The translations under genes and the position numbers were made by a program. A stretch of 64,000 nt of DNA from Verrucomicrobiaceae bacterium (GTDB taxonomy: Bacteria > Verrucomicrobiota > Verrucomicrobiia > Verrucomicrobiales > Akkermansiaceae). Of this stretch, positions 57,125 to 64,000 are shown one piece after another (the first letter of the stretch is position 1; each line of letters begins with the position of its first letter). The stretch is taken from NCBI GenBank assembly GCA_051252135.1, contig JBPOGH010000007.1, positions 32,001 through 96,000 of the forward strand. The letters run 5' to 3'. The notes under the pieces are model-generated. The model saw only the letters and a list, made by a program, of their open reading frames with translations. It ran no database searches and was not told where the DNA came from.

Positions 57125-58186
57125 ATGTCCGATCACGTCAGCGCCTTTTCCAAGCCCAATTCCTTTACGCAGCCCCTTTTTGATCAACTGAAGAGGCATC
57201 CGAAGCGGATCGTATTTTCCGATGCGGAGGATGAGCGAATTTTGCGGGTGGCGGAGCGGATGGTGGAGCTGGAGTTGGGGATTCCGATCTTGCTGGGGAA
57301 CAAGGAGAAAATTTGCGGGATGGCGGAGGAGTTGGGGGTGAAGATGGATTTTGTGCGGGTGATTCAGCCTGAGTTGGCTTCGGATTTCCCGTTGTTTTGT
57401 GATCGGTTGGAGAACATTGAGCGTTATCGGGGCATCAAGGGGGTCAATGCGAAAGAGATCATGAAGAAGCCGGATTACTTTGCGGCAATGATGGTGCAGT
57501 ATGGTCAGGCGGATGCTTGCTTGAGCGGGAATCAGTCGACGCCGGCGGGCGTGTTCCGTCCGTTGCTGCATTTGATTGCGCCGGATCCGAAGGTGAAGCG
57601 GGTGTTCGCGGTGACGATTTTGGTGTCCGAGACGCTGCAGCATTTTGGAAATGGCGGGACCTTGTTTTTATCCGACTGTGGTTTGGTGGCGGAGCCGACG
57701 GTGGAAGAGCTGGCATCGATTGCGGAAGTGACAGGGCAGCTGGCGCGGCACCATCTGGGGCGTCGGGTGCGGGTGGCGATGTTGAGTCATTCGACCCATG
57801 GGACTTCGGTGACGGCTCCGGCCTTGAAGGTGAAGGCGGCGACGGAGTTGGCGCGGCAGCATGTTCCGGCGCTGGAGATTGAGGTGGATGGTGAGATTCA
57901 GGCGGACGTGGCACTGGATGCCTCGGCGGCGGAGGTGAAGCTTCCGCAGCAGGAGCGCAAGGCTCCGGCGGATGTGTTGATTTTTCCATCGCTTGATGCG
58001 GCGCACATTTCGTTGAAGTTGCTCCAGCATGTGGGCGGGGCGCAGAATTACGGGCAGTTGATCTGCGGGTTGATGCGGCCGGCGGCGCAGGTGCCGAGGA
58101 CGGCGTCGGTGGAGACGATTTTGGGAACAGCGGCGGCGTTGGGTGTGGAGGCGATCAAGTTCCACGATTTGTATCCGAAGGGTTAG
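57125..58186 (+). CDS. Phosphate acetyltransferase (PTA/PTB)-like protein with a degenerate active site
   Basis: KRIVFSDAEDERIL, VAMLSHST, DGEIQAD.AL, ADVLIFP; the DLSRG motif is replaced by QVPRT. Confidence 0.8.
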   Translation: MSDHVSAFSKPNSFTQPLFDQLKRHPKRIVFSDAEDERILRVAERMVELELGIPILLGNKEKICGMAEELGVKMDFVRVIQPELASDFPLFCDRLENIERYRGIKGVNAKEIMKKPDYFAAMMVQYGQADACLSGNQSTPAGVFRPLLHLIAPDPKVKRVFAVTILVSETLQHFGNGGTLFLSDCGLVAEPTVEELASIAEVTGQLARHHLGRRVRVAMLSHSTHGTSVTAPALKVKAATELARQHVPALEIEVDGEIQADVALDASAAEVKLPQQERKAPADVLIFPSLDAAHISLKLLQHVGGAQNYGQLICGLMRPAAQVPRTASVETILGTAAALGVEAIKFHDLYPKG

Positions 58187-58480
58187 TCGGGAGTGTTCTG
58201 GCGTGCCTTCAGCACGCGATCGCGGCTGTTGGGGAAGACCTTGGACTGAAGTCCAAGGCTTTGGTTGTGAGATGCCTTTGGCATCGGGAAGCGTCCAGGG
58301 AAACGATTCTGGGAACGGCGGCGGCGTTGGGTGTGGAGGCGATCAAGTTCCACGAGCTTTACCCGAAGGGTTAGGCGGGAGTGTTCCGGCGTGCCTTCAG
58401 CATGCGATCGCGGCTGTTGGGGAAGACCTTGGGCTGAAGTCCAAGGCTTTGGTTGTGAGATGCCTTTGGCATCGGGAAGC
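58103..58480 (+). repeat. 188-bp tandem duplication of the pta-like 3' end plus REP-like palindromes
   Basis: 58103-58292 is repeated at 58291-58480; hairpins GTGCCTTCAGCAC, CCTTGGACTGAAGTCCAAGG, ATGCCTTTGGCAT. Confidence 0.9.
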
Positions 58481-58482
58481 AT

Positions 58483-59121
58483 TTATCCGAGGATGGGGGG
58501 GATTTCGGCGAGGGAGGTGATGATGTGTTGTGCGTTGCGGGTGACTTTTTCACGGGCAACGAAGCCGGTGTAGGCGAAGAAGTGATCGACGATGGGTTGG
58601 GTTTCGAAGTCGCTGACGCCGTCACCCACCATGACGATTTGGTCGGGTGAGGATTCTTTTTTGATGGCTTCGATGAGCTCGGGTTTCCCGCCGTTTCGGG
58701 TGGTGGGGTAGTCGGAATCGAAGCCGGCGTAGGAGCCATCGGGGTGGAAGTTGAGGGGGACGGCTTCGATACGGGAAATGTTGAGGACTTTGGCGAGTGC
58801 TTCGATGCAGGGGGCGAAGCCGCCGGAGATGATGAGGCATTCCCAGCCATCGGCTTGCAGGGCGGCGATGGTTTCTTTGGCGGTGGGTTCGATCTGGTCG
58901 AGGTACATTTGCCCGATGTCCTCGCACTGCTGGCGGGTGGGGTTGATGAGCTCGAGGCGTTTGGCGAAGACTTCTTCGATGGCGATCTCGCCATTCATGG
59001 CCTGGTTGGTGAGGTCTTCGACTTTTTGGAAGGCTTCGGGGCCGGCGAGGCGGGCGAGTTCGTCGACTCCCTCGATGGCGGAGAGGGTGGAGTCGCAGTC
59101 AAAGGCGATGATCTTTTTCAT
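58483..59121 (-). CDS. HAD-IB phosphatase (phosphoserine phosphatase-like)
   Basis: FDCDSTL..IEG.DELA, ISGGF, GK, VGDG.SD. Confidence 0.85.
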   Translation of the reverse strand: MKKIIAFDCDSTLSAIEGVDELARLAGPEAFQKVEDLTNQAMNGEIAIEEVFAKRLELINPTRQQCEDIGQMYLDQIEPTAKETIAALQADGWECLIISGGFAPCIEALAKVLNISRIEAVPLNFHPDGSYAGFDSDYPTTRNGGKPELIEAIKKESSPDQIVMVGDGVSDFETQPIVDHFFAYTGFVAREKVTRNAQHIITSLAEIPPILG

Positions 59122-59603
59122 GGGTTGATGATGACGGTGGTGAAGAGGGGGGTGAGGTCGAAGAGGGTGAGCATGTCGTGGTTTTTGAGACGAATGCAGC
59201 CGTGGGAGGCGGGTTGGCCGATCATGTCCTCGGCATGGGTGCCGTGGAAGTAGATGTAACGGGCGAAGGAGTTTTGGTTTTCGGGGTCGAGTCCGTCGAG
59301 GCGGAGGATGCGGGTGAGGATGGCGTCGTTTTCCGATTCACCATCCCAGACGGTTTTGGGGAGTCGTCCTTTGAAACTGGTGCGGAGTGGGGCGCCGTCG
59401 CCGATTTTTTCACGAACGACGAAACGGCCGACGGGGGTGCGGTAGGATCCTTCTTCGCTGCCGATGCCATTGGAAGAGGTGGAGACGGGAGCCTCGAAGA
59501 GAAGCTCGCCGGCGCGCGTGAGGGTGACTGTCTGAAGGGGGATCGAGACCTCGATCCGGGAATCAGTTTCAGGCCAGTTGCGGTTCACGCGGTCGGGCGT
59601 CAT
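59118..59603 (-). CDS. L,D-transpeptidase (YkuD) family protein
   Basis: TPVGRF, YIYFHGT, SHGCIRL. Confidence 0.88.
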   Translation of the reverse strand: MTPDRVNRNWPETDSRIEVSIPLQTVTLTRAGELLFEAPVSTSSNGIGSEEGSYRTPVGRFVVREKIGDGAPLRTSFKGRLPKTVWDGESENDAILTRILRLDGLDPENQNSFARYIYFHGTHAEDMIGQPASHGCIRLKNHDMLTLFDLTPLFTTVIINP

Positions 59604-60564
59604 CGGAATCGGGCGCGTCGAGGCTCCGGTTTGGTTGTTGCGGCTTCATGCCGAGCTTATCGATGAGAGCGAGGTCTTTTTCGACAGCGGGATTTTGGGC
59701 GGTGAGGAGTTTGTCACCGTAGAAGATGGAGTTTGCTCCGGCGAAGAAGCAAAGGGTCTGGCCTTCTTCGGTGAGGTGGGTGCGTCCGGCGGAGAGGCGA
59801 ACCTTGGCCTTGGGGAGGGCGATGCGGGCGATGGCGATGATGCGGACGAGCTCGAAGATATCGACGCCTTTGTTTTCCGCCATGGGGGTGCCGGGCATGG
59901 GCATGAGGGAGTTGATGGGGACGGACTCGGGTTGCGGGTTGAACTCCGAGATGACCTCGAGCATGCGGAGGCGGTCCTTGGTGTCTTCACCGAGGCCGAG
60001 GATGCCGCCGCAGCAGATGGACATGCCGGCATCCTGCGCGTGGCGGATGGTGTTGAGGCGGTCCTGGAAGGTGTGGGTGGTGACGACGTTGGGGTAGTGC
60101 TCTGGGGAGGTGTCGATGTTGTGATTGTAAGCGGTGACGCCGGCGTCCTTGAGGGCGACGGCTTCATCGGGACCGAGTTCACCGAGGGTGACGCAGACTT
60201 CCATGCCGAGTTCGGAGACGTCATTGATGATCTCGAGGACCTGGTCGAAGCGTTTGGTTCCGGAGCGGACACCGCGCCAGGCGGCGCCCATGCAGAAGCG
60301 GGTGGAGCCGTTTTCACGGGCGGCTTTTGCGCGCTCCATGATGTCGCATTTTTCCATGAGGCGCTCGGCATCGACTCCGCTCTTGTAGCGGGCGGACTGG
60401 GCGCAGTAGGAGCAATCCTCCGAGCATCCACCGGTTTTGATGGAAAGGAGGGTGCAGAGTTGAACTTCGGCGGCGGGCCAGTGTTCTTCGTGCGTGGTGC
60501 GTGCTTTCTGAAGGAGTTCGAAAAGCGGGAGGTTGTAGAGGGCTTCGAGATCGTTGTAGGTCAT
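59569..60564 (-). CDS. bioB: Biotin synthase
   Basis: GGCSEDCSYCAQS radical SAM motif, YNHNIDT, PESVPIN, GANSIFYGDKLLT. Confidence 0.97.
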   Translation of the reverse strand: MTYNDLEALYNLPLFELLQKARTTHEEHWPAAEVQLCTLLSIKTGGCSEDCSYCAQSARYKSGVDAERLMEKCDIMERAKAARENGSTRFCMGAAWRGVRSGTKRFDQVLEIINDVSELGMEVCVTLGELGPDEAVALKDAGVTAYNHNIDTSPEHYPNVVTTHTFQDRLNTIRHAQDAGMSICCGGILGLGEDTKDRLRMLEVISEFNPQPESVPINSLMPMPGTPMAENKGVDIFELVRIIAIARIALPKAKVRLSAGRTHLTEEGQTLCFFAGANSIFYGDKLLTAQNPAVEKDLALIDKLGMKPQQPNRSLDAPDSDDARPREPQLA

Positions 60565-60582
60565 CGCAATATGGAGAAAAGG

Positions 60583-61260
60583 TTAGCGGATCCACGAACC
60601 GTTGACGGTCGGGAGTTTTCCGAAGGAGAGGGCGGAGTAGTCGGTCTTGCCGCGGGCGCCAATGAGTTTGACGCCGATATGAGAGTGCCAGATTTGGCTC
60701 ATGCTTTCGCCGGTGTGGCATCCGTAGCTTTGGCAGAGGGCGTTTCTGCTGAAGACGCTGCTGCGGATTTTGCGGAGGTCGTTCTCGTGAATCCACGCCT
60801 GGCTGACGGCCATGATGTCGCTGCCGTAGTCGAGGAGGAAGCAGTGTTTATTGGAGTGTCCGAAGAAATCGAAGGTGACGATGGATCGTTTGGGGCGGGA
60901 GTTGATGGCGGCGATGGCCTGATCGCCGGAGTTGAACCAGATGAGTTTGGCGTTTCGCTTGGTGGCCTGCTCGGTGATCCAGGTGGTGTAGGGTTTGGAG
61001 TCCTCGCGACCGCGCTGGATGTATCCGGGGCGATAAACGATCCAGGTGACGCGGGCGTCTTTTCCGTAGGCGCGCCGGAGTTGGTCCATGCGCATGGTGG
61101 AGGCGCGGACGAAGTTGGCCCACCATTTGTCATGGCGGTCCTTTTCGACGCGGAGGTTCTCCCACTTGCGGAGGGCGGGGCCGCCACAGAGAATGACGTG
61201 CTCATCCGCAGAGGCCGGGGCCGCGAAGGTTAGGAGCAGAAGAAAATACCAAATCCTCAT
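60583..61260 (-). CDS. Secreted hypothetical protein with a possible caspase-like (clan CD) His/Cys dyad
   Basis: Signal peptide; FDFFGHS and QSYGCHTG motifs. Confidence 0.6.
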   Translation of the reverse strand: MRIWYFLLLLTFAAPASADEHVILCGGPALRKWENLRVEKDRHDKWWANFVRASTMRMDQLRRAYGKDARVTWIVYRPGYIQRGREDSKPYTTWITEQATKRNAKLIWFNSGDQAIAAINSRPKRSIVTFDFFGHSNKHCFLLDYGSDIMAVSQAWIHENDLRKIRSSVFSRNALCQSYGCHTGESMSQIWHSHIGVKLIGARGKTDYSALSFGKLPTVNGSWIR

Positions 61261-61291
61261 GTGGAAAGAATGACCTTTAAGTGAAGGGGGT

Positions 61292-62428
61292 TCAAGACCG
61301 GACCGCTTGGACGAAGGTATCGAGGGCATTCTTGAGGCGGGCGGTTTGGGTGCCGAAGTTCATGCGAACGCAACCGGAGTGGCCGAAGAAGGTGCCGTCC
61401 GAGAGGAAGAGGCCTGCTTTTTCGGCTTTTGCCATGGGGTTATCGACTTCCATTTCCCGGCAGTCGATCCAGGCGAGGTAGGTGGCCTCGATATCGGGGA
61501 TCCGGACGTCGGGGAGTTCGGAGCGGAGGGTATTGGTGAGGAGGTCCCGGTTGGTGCGGAGGTAGGCGAGGAGTTCCTGACGCCAGGGTTCGCCGTGCTT
61601 GTAGGCGGCCTCGGCGGCGTAGTAGGCGAGGCAGTTGATCTCGGCGAGGGTGTGGCCTTTGGCGGCGTTGAACTTCCGGCGAAGGGTGTCGTTTGGGATG
61701 ACGGCGAAGGCGTATCCGAGTCCGGCGATGTTGTAGGTCTTGCTGGGGGCGAGGAGGGTGATGGTGTTTTGCTGAAGCTCCGTAGGGAGGTTGAGGGCCG
61801 AGAAGTGAGGCGTCTTGTCCTCGTCGAGGATGAGGTCGCAGTGGATTTCATCGGAGAGGAGGATGATGTTGTGGCGCAGGCAGAATTCAGCGAGCTTGGT
61901 GATCTCCTCTTTTGAAAAGGCGCGGCCCAGAGGGTTTGCGGGATTGCTGAGAAGGAAGACCTTGGTGCGGGAGGTGACTGTTTTCTCGAGTCCGTCCCAA
62001 TCGAAGGTCCATTGGTCGTCGATTTTTACGTGGTCGACAGTTTGCAGTTCCATGGCGGCGTCTTTGTGAGTGCCGAGGAAGGGTGGGTAGACGGGGGTGC
62101 AGGTGAGGGCGGCGTCGCCAGGTGACCCAAAGGCCCGGGCTCCGAGGGAGAGGGCGGGGACGAGGCCTCCGAGGTGGACAATTTTATCTTCATCCACTTC
62201 AACGCCGATGCGGTCGGAGAGGTAAGACTGAAGTGTGTCTACGAGTGATTGATGGGGGACGGCGTAGCCGAAGACTCCGTGATCGACGCGACTGCGGATG
62301 GCGTCGATGACTTCGGGAGGTGACGTGAAATCCATGTCGGCGACCCAAAGGGGATCCAGATCGGGTCGACGGTCCCATTTAAGTGATCCGGTGCCACGGC
62401 GGGCGATTTCGTGGTCGAAATTTGGCAT
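61292..62428 (-). CDS. PatB/MalY family PLP-dependent C-S lyase
   Basis: LWVADMDF, HGVFGY, NP.NPLGR, SDEIHCDL, APSKTYNIAG. Confidence 0.92.
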   Translation of the reverse strand: MPNFDHEIARRGTGSLKWDRRPDLDPLWVADMDFTSPPEVIDAIRSRVDHGVFGYAVPHQSLVDTLQSYLSDRIGVEVDEDKIVHLGGLVPALSLGARAFGSPGDAALTCTPVYPPFLGTHKDAAMELQTVDHVKIDDQWTFDWDGLEKTVTSRTKVFLLSNPANPLGRAFSKEEITKLAEFCLRHNIILLSDEIHCDLILDEDKTPHFSALNLPTELQQNTITLLAPSKTYNIAGLGYAFAVIPNDTLRRKFNAAKGHTLAEINCLAYYAAEAAYKHGEPWRQELLAYLRTNRDLLTNTLRSELPDVRIPDIEATYLAWIDCREMEVDNPMAKAEKAGLFLSDGTFFGHSGCVRMNFGTQTARLKNALDTFVQAVRS

Positions 62429-62585
62429 GAGGGTGTTTTAGCCGAAAGGGCGGGGATTGCAACCGAGACGGAAGGTTAATTAACATGAAAAAAGCGTAAA
62501 AACCCCTGATGGAATAAGGGTTTCTGTGAACAAGTCACGCATTTAAGAGCTTGAGATATTTAACTTTTCCTTAATAATCTCTTCC

Positions 62586-63215
62586 ATGCGTTGTGATTCC
62601 CGTCAAATGGAATTCGGTTTCGATCGAACCGCCCGCGATGAGACTGCTGTTCTGGAAGTTAAGTCATCGCCGGGGATCACGGAAGCCTGTTCACGCTTCA
62701 TGGGAATAGACGAAGAACTTACTGCGGTGTGTGTCAGGCTTTGCCTGATGTTGGGGCTTACGGAGTTAGCAGCTCGGGTGGGGGTGGAGTGGAATCCGCG
62801 TATGCGTTCGACAGCGGGTCGGGCGACGTGGCCGGTCTGTCTGATCGAGTTGAATACGCGGCTGCCCAAGATTTCCGCAGAGGAAGTGCGGCGCACGCTG
62901 CTTCACGAGTTGGCCCATCTGGTTACCTACGAACGTCTGGGTCACGGAAATGTGGCTCCTCATGGGATCGAGTGGCAGGAGGCTTGTTCTGATCTCGGGA
63001 TTCCAGGGGAGACGGCGACGCACCGATTGAATCTTCCGAGCCGTTCGTTGAAGCGCCAGTGGAAATATTTGTGCCGGAGTTGTGGCACGAGTATCGAGCG
63101 GGTGCGCCGATTCAAGGGGCGTGTTGCGTGCTACAGTTGCTGTCGCGAGACCAATTCAGGTGACTACGACGAGCGCTTCCGGTTGGTGGAGGTCAATCTG
63201 GAATTGAGCCAGTAG
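62586..63215 (+). CDS. SprT-like zinc metalloprotease
   Basis: WNPRMRSTAGRA, LLHELAH, PHG.EW, C-terminal CxxC...CxxC. Confidence 0.88.
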   Translation: MRCDSRQMEFGFDRTARDETAVLEVKSSPGITEACSRFMGIDEELTAVCVRLCLMLGLTELAARVGVEWNPRMRSTAGRATWPVCLIELNTRLPKISAEEVRRTLLHELAHLVTYERLGHGNVAPHGIEWQEACSDLGIPGETATHRLNLPSRSLKRQWKYLCRSCGTSIERVRRFKGRVACYSCCRETNSGDYDERFRLVEVNLELSQ

Positions 63216-63231
63216 AACGGCGGGGGGCGGG

Positions 63232-64000
63232 TTATGCGCCGATCTTATTTTTCTTAAGTTCGATTTCGCGAAACTTGCTGGGAGAGCAGCCGACGAGCTT
63301 GGCGAAGGAGCGGTTGAACTGGGAGAGAGATTGGAATCCCACTTTGAAGGCGATGTCTGAAATGCGTGCCGATGGACGAAGGAGTTCCTTGCGGGCCCAA
63401 CTGATGCGGGCGCGGGTGGTGTATTCGGTGACGGTGAGTTTGGTCACTTCTTTGAAGGTTCGGCAGAAGTGGGATTCGCTGAGGCCGGCGATGCGGGCGA
63501 GGTCGGTAAGAGGGACGGGCTCGTCGAGCTTGGCGTGGATGAGCTTACGGGCTTTGGCGATGGCTTCGGGCTCGCTGCCATCCATGACGACGGCAAGGTT
63601 TTCAGCTTGCTGGGAGAGTTGGTCACCGAAGGTTTCCAGGAGGAGGATCATGCTGTCGTAGCGTTTGGGATCGACCGTTTTGGTTTGGAAGTAGGCGGCG
63701 TGGAGGATCTCGCGTTGGTCGCTTTTGAAACCGTTCTTTTCCAGTCGGATCATCACGCGGTCGAAGTCGGCCTCGGATGGCTGCTGTCGGAAAACCTGAC
63801 CTGTTTTAAGGAAGCCGAGGGTGACGGCGCCGAGGCGGACGGGGACGGCGGTGGCACAGAGGCCGGAGAAGCAGCCACAGGTCATGGGGCCGTCGACTTC
63901 GACTTTTTCAAGGAGTTTGCGGTTGGTTTCGACGCACTCCTTGCAGGCGATCTTGCACTTGTTGATGATCTCGCAGAAGGGGCTCTGGTTTTCATGATGC
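63232..64000 (-). CDS. AraC family transcriptional regulator with PocR-like sensor; 5'-partial
   Basis: C..GL..TAVPV..G..LGFLKTGQV sensor region; C-terminal ISDIAFKVGFQSLSQFNRSF HTH. Confidence 0.88.
   Translation of the reverse strand, partial: HHENQSPFCEIINKCKIACKECVETNRKLLEKVEVDGPMTCGCFSGLCATAVPVRLGAVTLGFLKTGQVFRQQPSEADFDRVMIRLEKNGFKSDQREILHAAYFQTKTVDPKRYDSMILLLETFGDQLSQQAENLAVVMDGSEPEAIAKARKLIHAKLDEPVPLTDLARIAGLSESHFCRTFKEVTKLTVTEYTTRARISWARKELLRPSARISDIAFKVGFQSLSQFNRSFAKLVGCSPSKFREIELKKNKIGA

Overview
This is a 64 kb chromosomal window from a high-GC Verrucomicrobiota-like bacterium, inferred from the PEP-CTERM protein, the DUF1553/DUF1501 pair and large secreted proteins with a PVC-type C-terminal domain. 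Most of it is housekeeping: purB, dnaB, folC, bioA, bioB, aspartokinase, hom, hisD, a PHP histidinol-phosphatase, cyoE/SCO, a PatB-like lyase, tRNA-fMet and tRNA-Cys. The top strand is G-rich throughout, so genes show strand-specific codon usage. The most interesting structures are non-coding. (1) An integrase-less integron-like cassette array (about 47050-49095) has three cassettes with matching GTT/AAC core sites; two cassettes end in the same ~210 bp element instead of a complete attC. (2) Two ~190 nt tRNA-Cys-derived units lie in tandem downstream of tRNA-Cys; they keep the acceptor stem and CCA but have hairpin-expanded interiors. (3) A 5.3 kb atypical-composition islet encoding a 20-blade beta-propeller/beta-helix protein is bounded by a 165 bp duplication of the 3' end of a TonB-dependent receptor gene. 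(4) A 188 bp tandem duplication covers a pta-like 3' end plus a REP-like palindrome. (5) A ~211 bp MITE sits at the hom stop codon. (6) DnaA-box-like 9-mers cluster upstream of dnaB. All product calls come from motif recognition by eye; no database search was run.
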